NCBI GenBank assembly: GCA_963847625.1
Contig: CAWKAR010000006.1
Location: forward strand, 1 to 64,000
Direction: 5' to 3'
Length of the DNA stretch: 64,000 bases
Origin: a candidate division FCPU426 bacterium
GTDB lineage: Bacteria > Oederibacteriota > Muellerivitia > Muellerivitales > Muellerivitaceae
The position numbers were made by a program, and so were the translations under genes. The first letter of the stretch is position 1; the number at the start of each line of letters is the position of its first letter. The notes beneath the pieces are model-generated. The model did not search any database, was not told the DNA's origin, and saw only the letters and a list, made by a program, of their open reading frames with translations. Shown one piece after another: positions 55,923-64,000 of this stretch.

Positions 55923-57824
55923 TCAAGTGTTGTTCTTGACCCTGTTTTTCGCTAAGGCATCGGCGAGGCCAGCCCGGACCGCCGGGTTATCGGGGTCCAG
56001 GGCGAGGTCCGCCTGGAAGGCTTCCACGGATTTTCCGTATTGCCCCTGGTTCATATAGAGGACTCCCAAGTCATAGTAGCCTTCCGAATAATCAGGGTCA
56101 AGCCGGACCCCCTCCTGGACTTCACTGAGGGCCTCCCGGGTCTTCCCCATCCGTCCATAAGCCATCCCCAAGTGGCAGTGGAATTGGGCGTTTTTCGGTT
56201 CCAAATTAATCCCCGCTTTGAACTCCTGGAGGGCTTCCTCCGGACGCCCCAGTTCCAAAAGAACCCTTCCTTTCCCGTCGTGGGAAAAAGAAGACGGCGG
56301 CCCGATCGCGATGCCCCGGTCAAATTCCCGCAGGGCCTCGTCGAAGCGGCCGGTCGTGAGGTAGCCGTCCGCCAGGTTGGCGTGGGCGATCTGGGAATTC
56401 CTGGGATTAACCCTCAAGACATTCTCCCAAAGGGTGGGGGAATCCTTCCAGGTTTTGGTTTGTTGATAGGTCCCATAACCCAGAGCGGCGGCCAAAAACG
56501 CCGTCAGGAGGATGAGCGTGAACCGCCGCCGCGAAAAAAAGTTCGCCGCGGCCGCGCCGAAAAGCAGGAAGGGAGCCAGGCTGGGAAGATAGCTGTACCG
56601 GTCCGCCGCGGCCTGGCTGCCAACTTGGATGATCCCCAAAACGGGGGCTAAGGTGATCCCGTAGTAAAGCCAGGCCGCTCCCAGATAGGGCCGTTTTTTC
56701 CGGTAAACAATACAGATGAAGGTGATCAGGACGGCCCCCATAAGGGCATAGACATATGCGGGAGAAAAAGTTTTACGGAGATCGATCGGATATAAAGCCG
56801 CCAATCCCGCCGGGAAAACCATTTTTTCCAGGTAGAAAACCAGGGAGTGAAAAGCGTTCATGACGCGATAAACCAGCGGAATCTGGTTCAGGTTCGAGAA
56901 ACTTTCAACAGAGCCTTGGGCCAGCGACGCCAGCACCCCGGATAACACGGCCAAGGCGAACAAAGGTATTTTTTCCCTGAAAATCCCGACGCCTTGGGCC
57001 CGGAACCTCCCCAGGGGCCATAGATCAAGCAGGATTAACACCAGAGGCAGGGTGACCGCCATGGGTTTGGAAAGCAACGCCAGCAAAAACAGCCCGAGGC
57101 ATGCGTGAAGCTTCCAGCTTTTTAAGACGGGGGTTGAGGCATAATCTAGGTAAAGAGTAAGGCCCAGGAGGTAAAAAAACCCGTAAAGAAGATCCTTGCG
57201 TTCGGTGGCCCAGGCCACCGATTCCACGTGCAGGGGATGAAGGCCGAACAGAAGGGCGGTGATGAAGGCCGCCGCTACCACCCACAAGCTTTTTTGTCCT
57301 TGGGCCTCCGGACTGCCGTTTTTTCCGGCCGGGACCAGCAACCTGACGCTTAGAAAGAAAACCGCACCCGTATTCAGGCAATGTAGGACCAGGTTGTCCA
57401 AATGGTAGATCCGGGTGTCCAGTTTCCCTAACTGGTAATCCAAGGCGAGGGTCATCCAGGTTAAGGGGATCCAATTCCCCAAGTGGAATGTCGTGAACAT
57501 CCAATGGAAGTTATGGGAGTTGAGGACGCGAAGATGGGAATTGCGAGTAATCGCTTCCAGATCGTCCCAATTCACGAACTGGTTGGCCAGCGAGGGAAAG
57601 TAAACCAGGAAAGTGAGAAGAACCGGGATCAAGGCCAGGAACCCGTAGGGCCATGGGCGGGACCGGGCGGCGTCCCCCAAGAGGATGGGTTGATTCTCCT
57701 CCTGGTAAGTTGATTCTAATATTTTTTGGATTTGCGAGGAACCCAAGCCCGTGCGGTTCGACAATTCCTCCAGCGACAGATGCGGGTTTTGAAGGATGAA
57801 CTTTTTTTTATCGCGGAAGGACAT
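55923..57824 (-). CDS. TMTC-like GT-C membrane protein with TPR repeats (paralog of 3450-5498)
   Basis: FVNWDD, LHPLHVESVAWATERKD, WKLHACLGL, SKPMAVTLP and DRYSYLP motifs, then TPRs. Confidence 0.8.
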   Translation of the reverse strand: MSFRDKKKFILQNPHLSLEELSNRTGLGSSQIQKILESTYQEENQPILLGDAARSRPWPYGFLALIPVLLTFLVYFPSLANQFVNWDDLEAITRNSHLRVLNSHNFHWMFTTFHLGNWIPLTWMTLALDYQLGKLDTRIYHLDNLVLHCLNTGAVFFLSVRLLVPAGKNGSPEAQGQKSLWVVAAAFITALLFGLHPLHVESVAWATERKDLLYGFFYLLGLTLYLDYASTPVLKSWKLHACLGLFLLALLSKPMAVTLPLVLILLDLWPLGRFRAQGVGIFREKIPLFALAVLSGVLASLAQGSVESFSNLNQIPLVYRVMNAFHSLVFYLEKMVFPAGLAALYPIDLRKTFSPAYVYALMGAVLITFICIVYRKKRPYLGAAWLYYGITLAPVLGIIQVGSQAAADRYSYLPSLAPFLLFGAAAANFFSRRRFTLILLTAFLAAALGYGTYQQTKTWKDSPTLWENVLRVNPRNSQIAHANLADGYLTTGRFDEALREFDRGIAIGPPSSFSHDGKGRVLLELGRPEEALQEFKAGINLEPKNAQFHCHLGMAYGRMGKTREALSEVQEGVRLDPDYSEGYYDLGVLYMNQGQYGKSVEAFQADLALDPDNPAVRAGLADALAKNRVKNNT

Positions 57825-58050
57825 TCGGAAAACCCCTGGTTTCTAAAAGGGCCGGACGAACACCCCTTAAACCCTTTTTCTTCCAATTTTTGTATTTACA
57901 GTAAATAAGAATTGCCAGGTCCGTTTGATTCGGCTGAGACTTTCAACTGCAGGGTTGCCCAATCGCGAAATGATTAGAGGGGTGGGATTAATAGCACTTT
58001 TCCAATCTGCCCTAACAACCCTTCAATTCGGATTCAAATCCCGATCAAAC

Positions 58051-58584
58051 TTATTCCTCCACCAGGTCGAATTCCCCGAAAACCACGTTGATGTTCAAGG
58101 TCAGGCAAGGTTTGCCTTCCTGGTAGGCCTTGTTCTTATAAAGATAGGTGCCAACCGCGGCGGTATTGCCGTCGGGCAGTTTGGCGTTGCCAAAGGCAGC
58201 ATTGGCCCGCACCAGGGTGGGCACGTTCCGTTTGATCTTCACCGTGGAACTCCCGAAAACCGTATTGGCGACTATGGTCATGTCTTTGTCCTTGAAAGGT
58301 ATGCCCGTCAGGTCGATAACGCCTTTACCGAAAACCACGTTGTATTCGCCATCCTTGTTCGCGAAATCCACCTTGCGTTGGCTGAAAAACACGTTGGGCC
58401 CTGTCGGCTCCTTCCGAAAGCCGCCCAAAATGACCTTGACGCCCAGGTAGATGAGGAATAAAGCGAAGAAAATCCGGATGACCGGGATATCGATATTGAG
58501 TGTATACTTTAAAATCAAGGATATCCCGAAGAGGATTAACAAGGCCCCCCAGACAATGCCAGAACAAAAGATTCCCATTTTCAT
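58051..58584 (-). CDS. LiaF/DUF2154-like membrane protein
   Basis: Two N-terminal TM segments, then repeated VFG beta motifs (VVFGKGVIDL, TVFGS, AAFGN, VVFGE); GGAGG SD. Confidence 0.7.
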   Translation of the reverse strand: MKMGIFCSGIVWGALLILFGISLILKYTLNIDIPVIRIFFALFLIYLGVKVILGGFRKEPTGPNVFFSQRKVDFANKDGEYNVVFGKGVIDLTGIPFKDKDMTIVANTVFGSSTVKIKRNVPTLVRANAAFGNAKLPDGNTAAVGTYLYKNKAYQEGKPCLTLNINVVFGEFDLVEE

Positions 58585-58657
58585 TTCTCCTCCTACAAGG
58601 TGGATCCGGCTCTTGGACCGTTTCATACCCTTCCATCATAGCAGAGACGCCGGGGTG

Positions 58658-59920
58658 TTATGAAGCGTTCGCGGTGGGCAACTCCTCCCATCGGGTCGTG
58701 TAGCGAGGCGACTTGTACCCGAACCGGGTGGTTCAACTGTGCTCGAACCCCTCCGTGGCGGCGCGGATGGTTCCCCACCCCATCTTTTCGTTGATAAAAT
58801 CCACAGCCCGCATCAGGGCGTTCTGCCTGGGGACATTCGCGCGCCAAAAAAGGTTTTGCTGGATCTCGTCCACCGGGATCAATTCCGTGTAAAGCACGCC
58901 GATGCGCTTGTACTTGAAACCCGGGCGATACAAGAGGTCGATGGCCCGGCTCCCGATCATCACTAGACGCGGGGTGTACTGGGTGGGCTCGGGCAAAGTA
59001 TAGGAGGTGGAGTTCTCATATTGAAGGTCCTGTTCCCAGAAGGGGTCGGTGGAAATCCACACGAGCATGGCGGCCACGGCCTGGTTCTGCCGCCGGGCCT
59101 TTTCCGCCGTCCTCGTGACATAAGCCGTCATGGCTTCCTTCAGCAGGTCCTTGGATTCCACCAGGAAGCTGAAACCCTTGCTGGAGCCGATCATCTTCTT
59201 GGGAGGCGGCACCTGCTCCAGCGGCAGGCAGGAAATACCGTTGAGTTCCATCAAGATCCGCATGCCCACCACCCCCATCTTCTTTCGGATCAGGTGGCTG
59301 GGCGCCCTCTTGAAACCCAGGACGTTTTCAATACCCAGGCCCTTGAAGAATTCCTCATAGGCCCAACCGACCCCCCACACATCGCCGATAGGCACACTCT
59401 CCAAGGCCTGGTCCACGTCAGGCGAACCGGCCAGGTTGACCACCCCGGCAGATTTCTTCGCCACCTTGTTGGCGATCTTGGCCAGGCTTTTGGTCTCGCC
59501 CACGCCGATGCTTACTGGGATACCCGTGTGGTTCTCCACCGTTTCCTTGATCCCGCGGCAGTAAGCGGTGAGGCTCGCGGGGTCGAAACCCGACAGGTCC
59601 AGGAAGCACTCGTCGATACTGTATATCTCGATCCTGGGGGTGAAGCGTGAGAGCACCTTGCGCAAGCGGTTGGACATGTCCCCGTAAAGGGCGTAATTGC
59701 TGGAATATACGAAAACCCCGTTCTCCTCAATTCGCCGGCGTTCCTGAAAAAATGGCGCGCCCATGCCGATGCCCAGAGCCTTGGCCTCCCGGGAGCGGGC
59801 CACGATGTTACCGTCGTTGTTGGACAAGACCACCACGGGTTTGCCCCAGGCCTTGGGGTTGAAGGCCTGCTCACAGCTGGCGTAAAAGGAATTGCAGTCC
59901 ACCAGGGCGAAGAGGGTCAT
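58658..59920 (-). pseudogene. umuC: DNA polymerase V catalytic subunit UmuC with in-frame TGA near the C-terminus
   Basis: LVDCNSFYASCE, VVLSNNDG, SSNYALYGDMS and YSIDE motifs. The frame continues past TGA 58733-58735 as TTRFGYKSPRYTTRWEELP to TAA at 58658-58660, giving 420 aa. Confidence 0.85.
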
Positions 59921-60378
59921 GGGCGCCTTTTTTTGAAGGAATGGATCACGTGTTCCACCACCCCGAAAATCCTAAAGTCGGCCAGTTCACCCACGGGAAT
60001 GGGCTGGAAAGCCTGGTCCCCGGGGTTTTCGGGCAGAAGGTAAAGTCGACCCTCCCTTAGGCCCAGGGTCTTGACCGTCCATTCCCCGTCGAGGGCGGCG
60101 ATGACGATTTCCCCGGGCGCGGGTTTCCCGGCCCGGTTCACCACCACCACGTCCCCCGAGCGGATGCCCACTCCCTCCATGCTGTCGCCCACAACCCTGA
60201 AGGCGAAGGTGGATTCGGGATGCCGCAGAAGGATCTTGTTAAGGTCCAGTGGCTTTTCCATGTAGTCTTCGGCGGGGCTGGGAAAACCCGCCGAAATGGG
60301 CGGCTCGAAACAACGCAGGATGGGCAGGGTGCCGTAAAGGAGCTTCGTGAGGTTGGAAATCCTCAAGGAAAGGGATAT
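59917..60378 (-). CDS. umuD: UmuD/LexA-like S24 peptidase
   Basis: AGFPSPAEDY, GDSM and TVK motifs. The SD-aligned start codon reads ATA (60376-60378); a fallback TTG lies at 60366. Confidence 0.88.
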   Translation of the reverse strand: MSLSLRISNLTKLLYGTLPILRCFEPPISAGFPSPAEDYMEKPLDLNKILLRHPESTFAFRVVGDSMEGVGIRSGDVVVVNRAGKPAPGEIVIAALDGEWTVKTLGLREGRLYLLPENPGDQAFQPIPVGELADFRIFGVVEHVIHSFKKRRP

Positions 60379-60395
60379 GGGTTGCCTCCAAGGTT

Positions 60396-60434
60396 AATGT
60401 ATACACGTGTATACATTTTCCCAGGAACTGTCAA
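60396..60434 (-). promoter_or_regulatory. umuDC promoter with perfect 22 bp palindromic operator
   Basis: TTGACA -35 at 60429-60434 (minus strand); AATGTATACACGTGTATACATT at 60396-60417 covers the -10 region. Confidence 0.75.
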
Positions 60435-60449
60435 GTGGGAGAAAACTCT

Positions 60450-61148
60450 TTACTTTGGCGGGAGATCTGCTTTTCCAAGGCACTGGGGGCCTTCATTGCG
60501 GGTGTTGCTCATGTAGAGGGAAACAGGGTAAGAAGCCATTTGGGAAGCGGGAAAAGGCTTGAGGAATTGTTTGAGTTTTTCCACATCCTGGTTTCGGGGG
60601 TCCAGCCAGGCCTCAAAATCCTTTTCCTCGAGGATGACCGGCATGCGGTCGTGCACCGGGGCCAAGATTGAATTGGCCTCGGTGGTGATCAGGGTGAAGG
60701 ACTGGATCGGTTCCCCCTTCCCGTCCTTGGGTTTCCAGAATTCCCAAAGGCCTGCCAGGCAAAAAGGCTCTTCATTTTTCATGTAAAAGTAAAAGGGTTG
60801 TTTTGGCTTGGTTTTCTGGTCCCACTCGTAGAACCCGTCGGCTGGCACCAAGCATCGCTGTTTCTTGAAGGCCGACCGGAAGGACGGCTTTTCCGCCATC
60901 GTTTCCGCTCGAGCGTTGGCCAGCTTGAAACCGATAGCGGGGTCCTTGGCCCAGGATGGTACCAGGCCCCATTTCAGCGTTTCCATGACGGGTTTGGTTT
61001 CGTTGAAAGGCACACGGATGCAGGGCACCAAGCTGGACGGGGCGATATTGAACCGGGGCTTAATGCTTTCCAGGCCCACTTTGAGGACGATCTGGAATTT
61101 CTTGGCCAGGTTTTTGGGTTTGGTTTTCTGGGCGAATCGTCCGCACAT
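60450..61148 (-). CDS. SOS response-associated peptidase (SRAP, YedK/HMCES-like)
   Basis: MCGRF N-terminus, WGLVPSW, NARAET, RCLVPADGFYEW and HDRMPVIL motifs. Confidence 0.96.
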   Translation of the reverse strand: MCGRFAQKTKPKNLAKKFQIVLKVGLESIKPRFNIAPSSLVPCIRVPFNETKPVMETLKWGLVPSWAKDPAIGFKLANARAETMAEKPSFRSAFKKQRCLVPADGFYEWDQKTKPKQPFYFYMKNEEPFCLAGLWEFWKPKDGKGEPIQSFTLITTEANSILAPVHDRMPVILEEKDFEAWLDPRNQDVEKLKQFLKPFPASQMASYPVSLYMSNTRNEGPQCLGKADLPPK

Positions 61149-61394
61149 GGTTATTACTTTATTTCATGACAAGATGAAAATCCGCTAAAAAAATTTATGG
61201 GGTATTCCATAGCTTTTTATAAACTGGCTGGAAAACAAGGATTTGAACTTAACCTAATAATAGATTACAGGAAAAACCGAGAGCAGCCCATTCGAATTAC
61301 GCACTCTATTATCATCGATGTTCGGAAAAGGTTGAAACCTGAGCCTCTCCAACCGAAAATGAACATTGGTAAATCTTTTCCCAAGGCAGGCATC

Positions 61395-61640
61395 ATGTCT
61401 AAAAAAATCATCGTTTACACCACTTCCTGGTGCGGGGACTGCCACAAGCTGAAAGCCGAGCTGAAGGAACACGCCGTCGCCTACGAGGAAAGGGACATCG
61501 AGAAAAACGAGAACGACTACAAAGCTATGATGGGATTCACCAATGGGAAGAGGGTTATCCCCACGGTTGATATCGAGGGGAAAATACTCATCAATCCCCG
61601 CTTCTCCCAGGTCGCGGAAGCCCTCGACATCCAGGCTTAA
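61395..61640 (+). CDS. Glutaredoxin-like (NrdH/mycoredoxin-type) protein
   Basis: 81 aa with VYTTSWCGDC and VIPTV...ILINP. Confidence 0.85.
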   Translation: MSKKIIVYTTSWCGDCHKLKAELKEHAVAYEERDIEKNENDYKAMMGFTNGKRVIPTVDIEGKILINPRFSQVAEALDIQA

Positions 61641-61803
61641 AAAGCAAGCTTACCAACCCTTTTTAAACCCAGGTGCCGCCCTCGCAAGCCGTCCAGTTCG
61701 CCCAATTCCCCTCCCTTCCTTTTATTAAAAGCGATATGATTGTACTCATCCAAGCGGCCGGGGGAGCCGGCTCCTTTAATCCAGCCATCCCAGGGAGGGT
61801 TTC

Positions 61804-62274
61804 ATGAAAATCCAGAAGGAAGCAAAAGTATCCAACTTTTTAAAGGAAGTGAACCTTTTCGAGGGACTCGACAACTCCGTCATCAACCAGATCTTCCGCC
61901 TGGGGCTGGTGCAGAACTTCAAGAAGGGGGATATAGTCATCCGGGAGGGACAGTATGGCGGAAAACTCCATATCCTGATCAACGGCAAGGCCGAGGTGGT
62001 GAAATCGGTCAGGGGCAGGAAGTCCAAGGGAAAAAGGCTGGCGGTCCTCAACCGAGGCTCGGTCTTCGGCGAAATGAGCCTTTTTGACGGAGCGCCCTAT
62101 TCAGCCACCATCCGGACTCTGGCCGACAGTGACATCCATATCATCCGGGGCTCGGACTTCGAAACCTTCCTCAAGAAAAACCCCTCCACCGCCTATTTGA
62201 TCTTACGAACGCTTTTGAGTTCCATTTCCAACCGCCTGCGCCGCACGAACCTGGCCCTTTCCCTGGCGGGCTAA
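61804..62274 (+). CDS. Stand-alone cyclic nucleotide-binding-domain protein
   Basis: LFEGL, GDIVIREG and GSVFGEMSLFDG..SAT motifs plus C-helix; no HTH. Confidence 0.88.
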   Translation: MKIQKEAKVSNFLKEVNLFEGLDNSVINQIFRLGLVQNFKKGDIVIREGQYGGKLHILINGKAEVVKSVRGRKSKGKRLAVLNRGSVFGEMSLFDGAPYSATIRTLADSDIHIIRGSDFETFLKKNPSTAYLILRTLLSSISNRLRRTNLALSLAG

Positions 62275-62306
62275 GGCTGACCTGGGCTCTAATCCGCTAG
62301 GTTTCC

Positions 62307-62708
62307 TTAGTATGCGCCGGCATTCTCGTCCAGGACCTTATCCAACTGTTTTTTCTGGTCGGTGGTGACTTCTTTTTGATTGTTTGCATGGAAGAAGTCC
62401 AATTCCTTCCGGCGTACGGTTTTTAATTTCTCCATCGCCGCTTTAGCCTGATCTTTGGTGATCTTTCCAGACTTCAAATTCTTCATGATGGTCCGCCTTT
62501 GTTCCCGCAGGCGCATGCCGATGGCGTGCATATTCGTATTTTGAGTACCGGTATGAATAACAGGCGCTGTTGCCGACGCATTCGAGTGATGAATGACCGG
62601 TGCCGGCGTGGGCCTGGAATTTAAAAATGCCGGCTTATTTTGCCCCAGTACCCATCCTGCCATCCCCGTTAAAACCACAGTAGCTACGATCAGTATTAAC
62701 CGTTTCAT
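62307..62708 (-). CDS. Hypothetical exported helical protein
   Basis: GGAGG SD, signal peptide and a Lys/Arg-rich helical C-terminus. Confidence 0.65.
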   Translation of the reverse strand: MKRLILIVATVVLTGMAGWVLGQNKPAFLNSRPTPAPVIHHSNASATAPVIHTGTQNTNMHAIGMRLREQRRTIMKNLKSGKITKDQAKAAMEKLKTVRRKELDFFHANNQKEVTTDQKKQLDKVLDENAGAY

Positions 62709-62738
62709 CTTATCCTCCCTTATTAATTTAAAAATTTG

Positions 62739-64000
62739 TCAGTGTATGACAACGACTTTTCCGATCTTTCGTGGCACGGTCATGCCGTCGTCTGCCTGTA
62801 TCACGTAGATATACAACCCGCTCGCCACAGCCTGATCCGCCTGGTTTTCCAACTGCCATTCCAGCGTATTGAGTCCTTCCCTTCCCGGAGCCGAGGCCTG
62901 GTAAACCTTCTCTCCAATCAAGTTGTAAAGAGAAAGCCGGATGAAGGCGGACTTAGCCAGTTTAACCCGGAACTGGATGGGCCGACCATCAAGGGATATG
63001 CTCGGTGCCGTAATCACTTTCCCTAAAATCCCCTCCGATGCCGGGATCGGTGTGGACGTCAAGCCTTCCTTGACCATCAAAAACTCGTTTAAATTCGACG
63101 GTGCGGCGCCTCCACCAGGGGTATTCGTCCTAGTCGGCGTGGGCGTTCTCGTCCTGGTCGGCGTGGATGTACCCGTCTTAGTCGGCGTGGGTGTTCTCGT
63201 CCTGGTGGGCGTGAGCGTGGGCGTTTTGGTCGGTGTTGACGTGACAGTGGAAGTCCAAGTCTTCGTGGGGGTATTGGTCGGAGTCCCAGTTTTCGTGGGC
63301 GTCCGGGTCAGGGTGGGGGTGGATGTCTTCGTGGGGGTGTTGGTCGGAGTTCCAGTCTTCGTGGGTGTCCGGGTCAGGGTGGGGGTGGATGTCTTTGTGG
63401 GGGTGTTAGTCGGAGTTCCAGTCTTCGTGGGTGTCCGGGTCAGGGTAGGGGTGGATGTCATCGTGGGGGTATTGGTAGGAGTCCCAGTCTTCGTGGACGT
63501 TAAAGTGATGGTGGGCGACGACGTTAAAGTCGGTGTGTTCGTCGACGTCCAGGTTGGGTCGTATCCCAGGCATGGCGGCAAGTAGCAGGAACCCAGCTCA
63601 TACAGTTGCGCGTTCAGGAGATCCGTCACGAACACGCTCCCGTCGCTGCCGACCGCTATCCCCTCTGTTTGGGAGAAGGAGATGGACCCAGTCCCCGGAA
63701 TCGTGCCCACGGGCGTTCCGTCTAGTTGGAAAACACCCACCGATCCGAAACCGTCCGTTACATAGGCCAGGCAATGATGGATAGCGATGAAATTCGCCGT
63801 GACCAGGGAAGTACCGTTCGTCACGTCCCATTGCCGGATGAAGTTGCCCGAACCGTCGAACACTTCCACCCATCCATAATCCCAATCGGTCACGTAAACA
63901 TTTCCAGCGTCATCCAGGGCCACTCCAATGGGCGTGCCGAAAACACCATTACCCCCACTTTGTGCGTATCCCCACTGGCTCAGTAGTACCGCCGGCGTAG
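62739..64000 (-). CDS. Partial secreted protein: NHL repeats, long Thr/Pro linker and T9SS-like C-terminal domain
   Basis: Frame stays open to the window edge (FGTPIGVALDDAGNVYVTD, NHL-like). C-terminus reads LYNLIGE...W...VASGLYIY...KVVVIH. Confidence 0.8.
   Translation of the reverse strand, partial: TPAVLLSQWGYAQSGGNGVFGTPIGVALDDAGNVYVTDWDYGWVEVFDGSGNFIRQWDVTNGTSLVTANFIAIHHCLAYVTDGFGSVGVFQLDGTPVGTIPGTGSISFSQTEGIAVGSDGSVFVTDLLNAQLYELGSCYLPPCLGYDPTWTSTNTPTLTSSPTITLTSTKTGTPTNTPTMTSTPTLTRTPTKTGTPTNTPTKTSTPTLTRTPTKTGTPTNTPTKTSTPTLTRTPTKTGTPTNTPTKTWTSTVTSTPTKTPTLTPTRTRTPTPTKTGTSTPTRTRTPTPTRTNTPGGGAAPSNLNEFLMVKEGLTSTPIPASEGILGKVITAPSISLDGRPIQFRVKLAKSAFIRLSLYNLIGEKVYQASAPGREGLNTLEWQLENQADQAVASGLYIYVIQADDGMTVPRKIGKVVVIH
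63259..63496. repeat. Coding tandem repeat, 66 bp x ~3.6
   Basis: Units start at 63259, 63325, 63391 and 63457 and encode the 22 aa TKTGTPTNTPTKTSTPTLTRTP on the minus strand. Confidence 0.92.

Noticed and set aside
58733..58735. TGA as evidence of an alternative genetic code or selenocysteine
   Set aside because: Many genes here end at TGA at their expected ends, including ATGA overlaps (38915-38918, 47511-47514). The position corresponds to Trp, not Cys.
61316..61368. Symmetric hairpin upstream of the glutaredoxin-like gene
   Set aside because: The stems are short (8 and 5 bp) and match no family I know; this cannot be distinguished from chance without comparative data.
61197..61394. N-terminal extensions given by the ORF track (also glnA 35426-35563 and permease 48242-48421)
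   Set aside because: SD positions, ATGA overlaps and family lengths support the downstream starts.
63259..63496. Regular 66 bp periodicity resembling a CRISPR array
   Set aside because: Whole units repeat with no unique spacers, the repeat is in frame within a Thr/Pro linker, and no cas genes are present.

Overview
GC-rich chromosomal window from a diderm bacterium. PorV-like and CTD-bearing Thr/Pro-linker proteins suggest an FCB-related or candidate lineage such as FCPU426; this is inference only. In order, the window holds: an IS30 element at the edge; a Phd/PIN toxin-antitoxin pair; vanX-like and mogA-like genes; a ~20 kb cluster rich in GT-C-type membrane proteins (TMTC-like, three YfhO-like, a double O-antigen-ligase, ArnT/PMT-like) with a polysaccharide lyase; a T9SS-like locus (PorV-FlgD-OmpA-TPR fusion, a 1500 aa cargo, a second cargo split by IS630, and a frameshifted IgGFc-type remnant); sigma54-driven glnA beside a NifA-like activator; tolC with a tandem-duplicated macAB; a degenerate class III cyclase; a YtrA/GntR ABC operon; mutY; a six-repeat lipoprotein; an SRAP-umuD-umuC cassette with two G-to-A lesions and a perfect 22 bp operator; and a partial NHL/Thr-Pro CTD protein at the end. 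I recognised no rRNA, tRNA or CRISPR array. All family calls come from reading motifs by eye, not from database searches.
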